A stretch of 42,778 nt of DNA, taken from positions 1 through 42,778 of the IMG/VR virus record IMGVR_UViG_3300025103_000049. The stretch is one strand, 5' to 3'. The notes beneath the pieces are model-generated. The model was not told the DNA's origin and did no database searches. It was given only the letters and a program-made list of their open reading frames with translations. Origin of the DNA: a virus (taxonomy: Duplodnaviria > Caudoviricetes). The position numbers and the translations under genes were made by a program. This document shows positions 17,239 to 25,594 of the stretch, piece after piece; the stretch's first letter is position 1, and each line of letters starts with the position of its first letter.

Positions 17239-17267
17239 ATTATAGCATGGATCGGCAGCGTTGTCAA
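17239..17267 (-). promoter_or_regulatory. consensus sigma70 promoter, probably leaderless transcript
   Basis: TTGACA, 17 bp spacer, TG-C-TATAAT; ATG starts after only 5 intervening nt. Confidence 0.85.
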
Positions 17268-17500
17268 GGATTTTCTTGGGAATTTGTGTACTTTCCGTAC
17301 TTTCCCCAGATGAAGTAACCCCTTATCTGCAAAGAACTTAGGATTATTTCGATGGTCAATAAGTCCCACATTTGGGCCTGGATAGCGATGATGCCCCAGA
17401 GGAAACCTCCGAAGGCACCGAGCAAGAGTGCCCACCTGTGTTGGTGGGACACTCCCCAGCATCCAATGATTAGGACTATGTTAGCTATCCAGCCTAGCAT
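17264..17500 (-). CDS. small three-helix membrane protein
   Basis: 78 aa, three hydrophobic segments; TAATG coupling. Confidence 0.7.
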   Translation of the reverse strand: MLGWIANIVLIIGCWGVSHQHRWALLLGAFGGFLWGIIAIQAQMWDLLTIEIILSSLQIRGYFIWGKYGKYTNSQENP

Positions 17501-18342
17501 TACTTGTAAGCGATGCCGTTAGCGGTGAACGTGATCAGGCACTTCTGATTGGCGTTGATCACCTTGTTCTGCCAGACGTCAACGTAGTTGTCGTACTGTT
17601 GCTTGATGATACCACGTCGGGTTCCCCAGTAAACATAATCACTAGGTGCCCACATTTGTGAATTACCTTGTCCTGAGAAGCACTTGGTATCTGCAAAGTA
17701 GGATTCTTTGCTCTTGAACGCACGCTTGAAGTGAACTCGGGCAACGATCGTCTCTTGCTGACCATCGGCCATAACCGTTCCACGGTGTTCTACCCAGCTA
17801 ACTCCACGGCTCTCTTCCATGTAGATAGAAGAACCAATACCCGTTGCCTGTGGGGTAATCCAGCTACAGAAAACCGAAGTCATAGCTGGCTCTCGCTTGA
17901 AGCTATTACTGTAGGTGAAGTGGCTTTGGCTTCGGGTGGCAATGTCTAACTCCACTGTGTAATAACCGCCACGGGTCGCTACAAGGTCGTTATCCACGCT
18001 GATTACGAAGCCGTTATCAGGAGAGGTGTACAGAGTGCTAAGGTGATCGTCACCGAAGTTAATGATTCCGCTAACTGTAGTACCATCTGCATAGATAATG
18101 CGGTAAGGGGCATTAATGAGTCCACCTGTGGGGTTACCACCTCTGGCTATGTAATGCTCCTCAAGTAGCTCAGGGTCTAGCAAGAACTCTACCTGAGACT
18201 CATTGAAGGGACCGTTGCTCACTAGGCCGAATCGAGTGGCTTGAACAATACCATAACCATCCGTGATAATCACGGGCGTTGACGTTGCGGTCGAATAAAT
18301 GTTTGCACCAGAAACGGTAGCACGTGCGATTAAAGTTGGCAT
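17500..18342 (-). CDS. hypothetical beta-rich protein (possibly virion-associated)
   Basis: 280-aa ORF, T/S/G/Y rich; AGGA upstream. Confidence 0.7.
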   Translation of the reverse strand: MPTLIARATVSGANIYSTATSTPVIITDGYGIVQATRFGLVSNGPFNESQVEFLLDPELLEEHYIARGGNPTGGLINAPYRIIYADGTTVSGIINFGDDHLSTLYTSPDNGFVISVDNDLVATRGGYYTVELDIATRSQSHFTYSNSFKREPAMTSVFCSWITPQATGIGSSIYMEESRGVSWVEHRGTVMADGQQETIVARVHFKRAFKSKESYFADTKCFSGQGNSQMWAPSDYVYWGTRRGIIKQQYDNYVDVWQNKVINANQKCLITFTANGIAYK

Positions 18343-18365
18343 AATTAAAAAATCCTAAATAAAGT

Positions 18366-18396
18366 TAAAAGATAAGACCCACCACTTAGGTGGGTC
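18366..18396 (-). terminator. Rho-independent terminator
   Basis: GACCCACC-TAAGT-GGTGGGTC followed by TTATCTTTT. Confidence 0.7.
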
Positions 18397-18412
18397 CCGA
18401 TGTCTAGTTGGA

Positions 18413-19378
18413 TCAGATGATGATCCGGTTGTCCATATCAAAAGATCCATCTTCGTATACGTCTACGAATGCGTAGCCGTGATTCCATCCGTTGATGCGA
18501 GAGTACTCAGGAGTCAGCTCGCACATGCAGCCAGTCGAGTAGCACCGTTGGTGCTTACCTTCGAAGTTGGCTTGGGTGAACTGAGAAGTACGATGGTTAT
18601 GTCCTGCGATTGCGTCGCACAACATACGTTGCATCATACCTCGGGCCGGTTGAATACCGCCGCCACCATACAGTTCGTGTCCGTGGATGATCTTCAGGTC
18701 GCCCGCATGGATGACACGCTTGTCACCTACGTGGTCTACACCGAACTCGTCCAACAGTAGTACTTGCTCAAGACTGAACTGGGCGAACTTGGAGAACTCA
18801 GGGGCGTTGTTCCAAATGTACTTGGCCCATCGTTCATCGTGGTTACCCTCTTTGAACACAACCTTTGCCTCGAAGCGATCAGTGATCCACTCGAAGAACT
18901 CGTGTGCTTGGTCAATCTCGAATGCCGTGTCACGCACAGCAGGGTTCTTCTCAAAGCGAGACATACGGTAGAAGTCAAGCAGGTCGCCGTTGATGACGAT
19001 CACGCTAGGCTCAAACTCGGATGCGTCCGCATACCACCGTTGCAAGGTAGCCTCGCAGTGGTAGGGCAGGTGGATGTCGCTAATGATAGCGATACGCTCA
19101 CCGTTGGGAATGATATAAGGTGCCCACTCTTTAGTCTGAGACACAGGGATCTGACTCTTAAAGCCTGCTTCCTTGTTCGGTCGGTGGAAGTCGGTCTTCA
19201 TGTTGGAAACACCGGCATTGCCACGGCGACGTCGCAGGGCGGATCGGACCTGTTCAACACTTGTGAAGAACTTATTGTGATCCTTGTAGATTGCTTTCGC
19301 AAGGGTCTTCGTCGGGACTTCTGGAAAGTTCGACAAAGCGTCGTCCATTGCTTCAGTTACAAACTTAGGGTATCTCAT
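18413..19378 (-). CDS. calcineurin-like metallophosphoesterase with N-terminal extension
   Basis: ISDIH, NGDLLD, GNHD, HGH, GHNH. Confidence 0.88.
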   Translation of the reverse strand: MRYPKFVTEAMDDALSNFPEVPTKTLAKAIYKDHNKFFTSVEQVRSALRRRRGNAGVSNMKTDFHRPNKEAGFKSQIPVSQTKEWAPYIIPNGERIAIISDIHLPYHCEATLQRWYADASEFEPSVIVINGDLLDFYRMSRFEKNPAVRDTAFEIDQAHEFFEWITDRFEAKVVFKEGNHDERWAKYIWNNAPEFSKFAQFSLEQVLLLDEFGVDHVGDKRVIHAGDLKIIHGHELYGGGGIQPARGMMQRMLCDAIAGHNHRTSQFTQANFEGKHQRCYSTGCMCELTPEYSRINGWNHGYAFVDVYEDGSFDMDNRIII

Positions 19379-19608
19379 TCTTCTTCTCCGGTGTCGTTAA
19401 GGTCTTTAATAGTAACAGTCTCGATTGCGTCAGGGAAGATACGCCTTCCCTCAGTCTTAAATCCGCGTCCTGCGATGTTGTCCCGCATACGCGAAACTTC
19501 TTCTTCGGTTCCTTCCACACCAAGGTAGTAGTTCTTATACTGCCTTGGGCTTGTCGCTTCTAGGGCAACTACGCAGATCACGTACTTGTCCTTGGGTTTT
19601 TCAGTCAT
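19375..19608 (-). CDS. hypothetical protein
   Basis: Fills the gap between helicase and phosphoesterase; GAGG before ATG; ATGA overlap. Confidence 0.65.
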   Translation of the reverse strand: MTEKPKDKYVICVVALEATSPRQYKNYYLGVEGTEEEVSRMRDNIAGRGFKTEGRRIFPDAIETVTIKDLNDTGEEE

Positions 19609-21625
19609 CTGTGGTTTCCTCACATTCTAAGTCTTTCTCGAATTCCTCAAACTCGCCCATTGTCATCTTCTCCAGTTTACGATTCTGGCGGAGAATGTCA
19701 AGTACTCGTTTGTCAGTTGGTAAGTGGAACAGGTCCACTATGATTGCGTGTCCAGTCATCCCTGTACGGTGGATACGATCCTCCGCTTGGGCACGGCTTG
19801 CTGGGTTGAAGTCGTTACTGTAGAAGCAACACACCTCAGCTCCAGGCCTCCCTGCTTGGGGGCATAGGGTCAGGGCAACGCCACCGGACTTGGGGTGAGC
19901 AACGAATGCGATCTTGCGATCAGCGTTCTCTACCCAGTAGTCCATCGGGTTATCCAGTCGGATGGATTTAGTCTTTGGGGTTCCATCCTCGTTGGGGTGT
20001 CCGGTCAATTGTGATATCTTCCAGCCACGCCCGTCTACTCGCATTGTATCCCAACCCTCACGCTGACAAACCTTGGTGATTCGATCTAGCGATCCAGTAA
20101 ATCCTGCGAAGAACACGATGCGACCGAGTTCTTCATTCTGGGAAAGTAGGTCAACAGTAGCCTGCTCTTTCGGGCAGGGCACTTCTCTGGCAACCCTCTT
20201 CATCTTTACCACTCGCTGCGATCCCTCGCAACTCTCGCATGGTACAACCTCTCGCTCCATGCTATCAACAAACTCTGGGGAGAGCATGTCAATGTCTCGG
20301 ATGACTCCACCGTTGGGATTGTGGTAGATGGTCTCGGTCCCGTCTTTACATGCAGGGCACGGTTGGTCCCCATCTTCTACTTCACGGTACTGGAAGCCAT
20401 CGGACAATGCCCGAAGTGCAGTAATGCCTGTGATGACATTAGGTGCTGTCTTGGTGAGAGCGGACGCAACACGTAGCATAGGTGCTGACGGTTCGCAGAC
20501 GATCTCTTTGTATATCTTCTGTGGAAGGTCGAGGCAGTCCTTCTTGTGAACTAGTGTCACAAGTCCGTCGAGCCTGTCCTTCAATTGTAGTACTTCGTTC
20601 TCTGACTTGCGGAAGTGGTGGAGTTGGAACGTGGTGTCCTTCTCGATCATCCCGCCGTCCTCTGTCCAGTGGTGGCCTTCGTTAAGGTACTGCCCACACT
20701 CTGCACAGCGGTGTTCGTCATCCTTCCATGCTACTCTAGTGTTGAACGCTTGTCCAGCTAAATCGTCACGTAATCTGTAAAAACCTAATCTTTTCTCAAA
20801 AGACTTGGTGTTACCCTCTTTGACGAAGCCGGGCCATGCGATCTCGCACGGTGCCCACCAGTCAGCAGGTGACTTGGGTGACGGCGTGCCCGTCATAAGG
20901 ATGACGAAGCCCTCGTTGCCGTACTCTGCACGGATGCTGTCAGCGAGCTTTTGGGCACACTGTGTGCGTTGGGCTGTGGCAGTCTTGAGGTTCTGTGACT
21001 CATCGAACACTACGCCGATGGGAGCCGGGTCGCCCTTCTTCCAAGTCCGCATCTTGAGCATCATACCTTCGTAGCTCATCATGTCCGTAACTGTACCAGC
21101 AGGCAGTCCCCACTTGGCGAACTCTTGCTTGATACCGAACAGGGAGGACTTGGGACCAACCCACCACCAACCCTTAGTTTCGGATTGGGTCATTGTGGCG
21201 ATAGCGGCCAGCGTCTTACCAGTACCCATCTCTGCACCCCAGATTTGGTAATGATAGGTAAGTGCTGTGTTTGCCATCAGGCGTTGCTGCCCCATAAGAT
21301 CGTAGTAGCCGAACTGCTCTGAACCGAACTTGGGGAAGTCATGTTCAATCAGGTCGCGGTCGAACCACTCGTAGGGATTTCCACCCTCTAACCATGCAAT
21401 CTGGAACCGGTTGCGTTGGCAATCAGCTACAGACCAGATTTTACGCTTGTCGCCCTCGATGAAACCATGCCATCGGGCACCCTTCATGGACTTAATTTCG
21501 TCCTTGAGGGCAAACGGTGCTGTAAGAAACTCGATACGTCCGTTGTCAGTCACTTGGTATTTAACCCGGACCTTGTACGCACGCTTCGGTGTGTTAACGA
21601 TAAATTGTGTTTCTGTAATGCTCAT
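19601..21625 (-). CDS. SNF2-like (SF2) helicase with CxxC insertions
   Basis: EMGTGKT, VFDESQ, MTGTP, GGVALTL, QAEDRIHRTG. Confidence 0.88.
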   Translation of the reverse strand: MSITETQFIVNTPKRAYKVRVKYQVTDNGRIEFLTAPFALKDEIKSMKGARWHGFIEGDKRKIWSVADCQRNRFQIAWLEGGNPYEWFDRDLIEHDFPKFGSEQFGYYDLMGQQRLMANTALTYHYQIWGAEMGTGKTLAAIATMTQSETKGWWWVGPKSSLFGIKQEFAKWGLPAGTVTDMMSYEGMMLKMRTWKKGDPAPIGVVFDESQNLKTATAQRTQCAQKLADSIRAEYGNEGFVILMTGTPSPKSPADWWAPCEIAWPGFVKEGNTKSFEKRLGFYRLRDDLAGQAFNTRVAWKDDEHRCAECGQYLNEGHHWTEDGGMIEKDTTFQLHHFRKSENEVLQLKDRLDGLVTLVHKKDCLDLPQKIYKEIVCEPSAPMLRVASALTKTAPNVITGITALRALSDGFQYREVEDGDQPCPACKDGTETIYHNPNGGVIRDIDMLSPEFVDSMEREVVPCESCEGSQRVVKMKRVAREVPCPKEQATVDLLSQNEELGRIVFFAGFTGSLDRITKVCQREGWDTMRVDGRGWKISQLTGHPNEDGTPKTKSIRLDNPMDYWVENADRKIAFVAHPKSGGVALTLCPQAGRPGAEVCCFYSNDFNPASRAQAEDRIHRTGMTGHAIIVDLFHLPTDKRVLDILRQNRKLEKMTMGEFEEFEKDLECEETTDD

Positions 21626-21631
21626 ACTTCT

Positions 21632-21659
21632 ATTATACTCCGTATTTCGTCGTTGTCAA
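21632..21659 (-). promoter_or_regulatory. sigma70 promoter, probably leaderless transcript
   Basis: TTGACA, 16 bp spacer, TATAAT; ATG after 6 intervening nt. Confidence 0.75.
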
Positions 21660-21661
21660 AT

Positions 21662-22159
21662 TTATTCTAGAAAATATCCTGATCCTCTTGGCCTGGCTTG
21701 GCCGAACAGGTCGTCTAGCTGGTGGTTCTGGAACTGTTGGAAGCAACTAAGCCCCCAGTCCCTCACCGACTCCACCTCTGAGCTGCCTGCATGATGTATC
21801 GCCATGGCCCACTGTTCGCCGTCTCCGGCCATTAGAGCCATACCCATGCCTCGCTTGGCTGGAGCCTCTTGGAGCATACAGCGTAGGCCGTGGGGATGCC
21901 CAGTGACCTCTGCTATGAGGTAGTCGGGTCCGGCGCACATCATCGTAAAGCTCAACATCCCTCGCAGCGGAGCGACCTTGCTGGTATCCTTCCGTGGGTC
22001 ACTCGCCGCCAAGTAGTATGCTAGTGGGTAAGCTAACTTACCCTTGGGCTTGTTCCCTTGTTGTACGACACGCGCGGGGTTATCTCCGCCAAGCTGTTCG
22101 ACGTAACCGTGGAACGCAGCTTTCAGTTGTGTGTATGCAACAAGTTCGCAATGTATCAT
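21662..22159 (-). CDS. hypothetical protein (possible degenerate ThyX-like fold)
   Basis: ATGA-coupled to clpP; loose resemblance to ThyX structural segments but no RHR...S.R motif. Confidence 0.6.
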   Translation of the reverse strand: MIHCELVAYTQLKAAFHGYVEQLGGDNPARVVQQGNKPKGKLAYPLAYYLAASDPRKDTSKVAPLRGMLSFTMMCAGPDYLIAEVTGHPHGLRCMLQEAPAKRGMGMALMAGDGEQWAMAIHHAGSSEVESVRDWGLSCFQQFQNHQLDDLFGQARPRGSGYFLE

Positions 22160-22731
22160 TTTGATTTCTCCACCCATACTTGGTCTGCAACGCCCCACTC
22201 AATGGCTTCGTCCGCCGTAAAGTAAAAGTCCGCTGCCTTCTTTGCTCGTAAGTTCCACCACTTGTGTGGCTTGCTAGAGTGGTCGGCCAGTAAGTGAGTC
22301 CACTTCTGTCCAATCTTCTCTAGGTGCTTCACTACGGTCTGCAAGTCCTGAGCCTTGCCACCGACGTCCGCTGCCCAGTCGTGGTGCATGAAGGCGACGT
22401 GTGGCGATATCCACCGTTGTCCGGGTTCGCCTGCTGCAATAAGCAGGACAGCCGCCGACATGATTTTGCCATATCCAAACGTATGGATCGGGCACTTTAT
22501 TGTATTCATAATATCGTAGACCGCGAGTGACTCGTATACGCAACCGCCGAATGAGCTGATGAACATCTCGATCGGTGCTTCAGGGTCAATGGTCTCCATG
22601 AGGTACAGCCCTTTGACAAGCGGGCCGATAGTCTCTGCTTCAATGTCTTGGTCTAAGAAGACCCGCCGGTTGTTAACGTCCACTCCGTGGTCGAAGTAGG
22701 CACCAACCCAGTCTTTGTCAATACCTGCCAT
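22156..22731 (-). CDS. clpP: ClpP-like protease subunit
   Basis: ISSFGG.VYE.LAVYD.M, GKIMSAA (Ser), FMHH (His), DFYFTADEAIEWGVAD. Confidence 0.88.
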   Translation of the reverse strand: MAGIDKDWVGAYFDHGVDVNNRRVFLDQDIEAETIGPLVKGLYLMETIDPEAPIEMFISSFGGCVYESLAVYDIMNTIKCPIHTFGYGKIMSAAVLLIAAGEPGQRWISPHVAFMHHDWAADVGGKAQDLQTVVKHLEKIGQKWTHLLADHSSKPHKWWNLRAKKAADFYFTADEAIEWGVADQVWVEKSK

Positions 22732-22747
22732 GTAATCTCCAATACAC

Positions 22748-22778
22748 AAAAAGACCCGGAGGGGATACCTCCGGGCTT
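22748..22778 (-). terminator. Rho-independent terminator
   Basis: CCCGGAGG-TATCC-CCTCCGGG followed by TCTTTTT. Confidence 0.8.
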
Positions 22779-22790
22779 GTAAGAACCAGA

Positions 22791-23528
22791 CTATCGCTTG
22801 CGTGAGCTGGTGTTCTCAGCTACTTCGACTTCTGGAGTTTCGACTTTCATAAACCGCTCGATCTCAGAGCGAAGTACATCAGCCGTGGGCAGGTCGATGG
22901 CGGTCAAGCTATCTTCTACCTCTGGTGCGAACCACTCGAAGCGGTCCTTCTTGATGTACTTAGACTTCAGAGTCATGGGCTTGGAGAAGCGTGGTGCTTC
23001 TTCGTTCGACAAACCGGCGTCGATCATCGCTTGTGTTACTGGTAAGTAACCGTTGATGGAAGACGATGCGTATCGGGCACTCTTGTTTCCACAGAAGAAC
23101 TCGTAGAAACTTTTCGTTCCACGTTCGTAGATCAAGTAAGTGGGGCCGTATGCACAACCGCTGTCACGGGTGTTGTCAGCTAGGTCAACAATGCGTTTGA
23201 ACTCAGCCGAGGTCGTGTCATTAGTAACGATGATGTTACTCGTGTCAGACATGTCAATGGCTTTGGCTTTGCGGGCAATGACTAAGACGTCAATCGCGTT
23301 GCCAAGGTCGCTGATCTTCTCGCTGGACTCAGGTACACCGAAGTTACCTGCACCGACTAGGGTGCCGCTGGCGTTCGATTTGCCTTTGGAATATAGTTGA
23401 ATCCGGCGAAGGAAACTTGAGCTGGATGACATTGCATCCAATGCTTTGAGGTCAGCAACCGACTGAGTTGCCAATGCGTTTTCGCCACCGAATAGTTCGT
23501 TCAATACTGATACTTCGTTTTTACTCAT
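22791..23528 (-). CDS. hypothetical protein, possibly ssDNA-binding
   Basis: 245-aa ORF in the replication region, preceded by two consensus promoters and followed by a terminator; function inferred from context only. Confidence 0.6.
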   Translation of the reverse strand: MSKNEVSVLNELFGGENALATQSVADLKALDAMSSSSSFLRRIQLYSKGKSNASGTLVGAGNFGVPESSEKISDLGNAIDVLVIARKAKAIDMSDTSNIIVTNDTTSAEFKRIVDLADNTRDSGCAYGPTYLIYERGTKSFYEFFCGNKSARYASSSINGYLPVTQAMIDAGLSNEEAPRFSKPMTLKSKYIKKDRFEWFAPEVEDSLTAIDLPTADVLRSEIERFMKVETPEVEVAENTSSRKR

Positions 23529-23541
23529 AGTAAATTCTCTT

Positions 23542-24495
23542 TCAATTAGGTTTTTGATACTTGTCTTTCAATGCTTCGAGTTCTTTTAGTTCTTGATAAC
23601 GTCGCCTCCCTATAATTTCTGTCCTGTCGTCACTAGTAAGTTTGTGTCGCATCTCTCTGACTTGGCGTTGTCGGCCTTCCTCGTCGAGGTGTAACACCCA
23701 TTCTAAAGCAATTATAGCACCCTCGCGGGCACTTGTCAAATTGTTTTTTACAATTAAGCCAGAAATGTTATCCAGCCTGTCCAGTTCGATCAAGCATTCA
23801 TCCATCGACCTGTACCGAGGGTTGAGTTTGATCTTGTCTCGTTCGTCCCGTCTCATTCCCTTCTTGTTGTCTCGCTTCTCAGCGATGAACCGGCCCACCG
23901 CCAGTTGGAAGTCACGGGTGTTTGTATCTGGTGCGATCTCTAGGAACTCACGTTGATACTTGTGTAGGCGAATCCTTGCCAGTGCCACTCCCTTGCCCAG
24001 TGTCATGCGTCCTTGCTCAATGGCCTTCTGTGCCTCGCTGCATAGCGATAACAACTTCAGCCTATCCGATACCCACCCTGTTGATTTGCCAACGGTACGG
24101 GCCAACTCTGCCATCGTCATGGGGGAGCCTGCTTCGTCTCGTAGGTCAATCATCCTGCTCATCTGCCTAGCGAACTCAATCGGTCGGGTCTCAAAGCTAA
24201 GGGCGTTGCATTGTATTTGTAGGGCTAAGTAATCGTCATCGCTTAACTCTTGAGTATATATTATAGCATGGATCGTCGGCCTTGTCAAGGTTTTTATGGC
24301 AGAATACCTCCAAAACCCATCAATTACTTGATATTTTCCCTCACGGGTAGGGTGCGGCCTCACTAGGATGCTGTTGAGCTGGCCGTGTTCGCGGATACTA
24401 TCTACCAACTGCATGAACTCTAGGCTGTCCTCCATGACGGGGCGTAGCATGTTCCATGGTGGTAGGATATCTTCTTTAGCTATCTCTCTGCTCAT
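23542..24495 (-). CDS. second ParB-like protein with HTH
   Basis: LVDSIREHGQLNSILVRP, YQVIDGFWRYSA, ELARTVGKSTGWVSDRLKLL. Confidence 0.85.
   Translation of the reverse strand: MSREIAKEDILPPWNMLRPVMEDSLEFMQLVDSIREHGQLNSILVRPHPTREGKYQVIDGFWRYSAIKTLTRPTIHAIIYTQELSDDDYLALQIQCNALSFETRPIEFARQMSRMIDLRDEAGSPMTMAELARTVGKSTGWVSDRLKLLSLCSEAQKAIEQGRMTLGKGVALARIRLHKYQREFLEIAPDTNTRDFQLAVGRFIAEKRDNKKGMRRDERDKIKLNPRYRSMDECLIELDRLDNISGLIVKNNLTSAREGAIIALEWVLHLDEEGRQRQVREMRHKLTSDDRTEIIGRRRYQELKELEALKDKYQKPN
23711..23739 (-). promoter_or_regulatory. intragenic consensus sigma70 promoter
   Basis: TTGACA (23734-23739), 17 bp spacer, TG-C-TATAAT (23711-23716). Confidence 0.8.
24260..24288 (-). promoter_or_regulatory. 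intragenic consensus sigma70 promoter
   Basis: TTGACA (24283-24288), 17 bp spacer, TG-C-TATAAT (24260-24265); 19 bp identical to 17236-17254. Confidence 0.8.
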
Positions 24496-25102
24496 CTAGG
24501 TGTTTCCCCCACTGGTCGGCCATAGCGTTAGCGATGCCTTCCAAAGTCTGTGAACGTTTTCGGCGTCTGTCCTCTCCGGGCGACATTGCCAGAAGATAAT
24601 TTCGTTCGTAGTATGGTAGTGCCTCTGTCTCTGCCTTCAGGTCCGTGGTGGGGACCAGCTCAGGTAGGTTCTGGAGCCACAGGCACGTCCTCTTAGAGAC
24701 TTTGTGCCCGAATTGGTATGGTTGTATGGTCATATCGTACTTGCGTCCTATACGCTCTACAGCGTACTTGTGGGGCACACTGTTCTCTATAGCGATATGC
24801 GGGATGGGTGCATTAAGTAAGGCGTGGAAGAACCCAGCAGCCTTGACCATCCGACCCCACCGACCCTCTTGCCGCTTGAGCCAGCTCACACCAGAGTTAG
24901 CTAGGTACTGGCACGGAGGGTGGGCGATCATCATGTCCCAGCCTTTATTAAGTACGTCGGTTACGTCTGCCTTCATATGATACTCGGGTAACTCACCGTA
25001 TGTATCTATAATGTCACAGCTCCAAGCGTCGTAGCCTCGGTCGCGGAATGCTTTAGTAACTACGCCGCTCGCCTCGCAAGCAATCAATATTTTGTGTGTC
25101 AT
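24476..25102 (-). CDS. compact C5-cytosine DNA methyltransferase-like protein
   Basis: ILIACEASG, AWSCD, IAHPPC (catalytic PC), IEN, KRTCLW, RSQT..GIA.AMADQW; AGGAG before ATG 25102. Confidence 0.8.
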   Translation of the reverse strand: MTHKILIACEASGVVTKAFRDRGYDAWSCDIIDTYGELPEYHMKADVTDVLNKGWDMMIAHPPCQYLANSGVSWLKRQEGRWGRMVKAAGFFHALLNAPIPHIAIENSVPHKYAVERIGRKYDMTIQPYQFGHKVSKRTCLWLQNLPELVPTTDLKAETEALPYYERNYLLAMSPGEDRRRKRSQTLEGIANAMADQWGKHLDEQRDS

Positions 25103-25120
25103 AGTATTTCTCCTACCCCT

Positions 25121-25148
25121 AGTATAACATAGAGATCCTGGATTGCAA
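25121..25148 (-). promoter_or_regulatory. leftward sigma70-type promoter
   Basis: TTGCAA, 16 bp spacer, TG-T-TATACT. Confidence 0.65.
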
Positions 25149-25189
25149 GTCAATTCCAGAAAGATTTCAAAATAGTTCAGGTGGGTATT

Positions 25190-25490
25190 TTGCTTGCTCC
25201 CCATTAGGGAGGTCCAGGTACGGCAAAGGGGAGGAAGCTCCCCGCGTGCCTGACGCGACTTCACTACGGTTTTTGCTTATTATTATCTTATTCTTCTTAC
25301 TCTATAGGTACGGAAGGGAGGAGGTATAGTATAAAAAGAGTCTATAGGGAAGAAAATAGCAATTTAGTATTGTTTATAGAGAGAATAGACCCGTTACCTG
25401 CTCCCCTCCGTAACTTTCTGCTTGACACCCCTATTTTTATGGGGTATACTCAGATATGCACGGCGAGATTTGCTCCCCCGAGGTACGGAG
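25190..25490. other. divergent intergenic control region / candidate replication origin
   Basis: Strand switch point next to the primase-helicase; AT-rich core; GCTCCCC x4 and AGGTACGG x3. Confidence 0.5.
25422..25450 (+). promoter_or_regulatory. rightward sigma70 promoter P1
   Basis: TTGACA, 17 bp spacer, TATACT. Confidence 0.8.
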
Positions 25491-25523
25491 GTGCGCAACT
25501 TTGACTATTCTTCCCGAATTCCC

Positions 25524-25552
25524 TTGACATAGGTGCCTACCTATGCTATAAT
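25524..25552 (+). promoter_or_regulatory. rightward consensus sigma70 promoter P2
   Basis: TTGACA, 17 bp spacer, TG-C-TATAAT. Confidence 0.85.
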
Positions 25553-25594
25553 GGGGTGTATAAGGATTCGTTTACTCTAACATAGAAAGACATT

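Noticed and set aside
18764-19528. 254-aa plus-strand ORF
   Set aside because: Antisense to a well-supported phosphoesterase; no motifs.
25103-25264. 54-aa N-terminal extension of the C5 methyltransferase ORF
   Set aside because: Runs through the promoter and control region; the SD supports ATG 25102.
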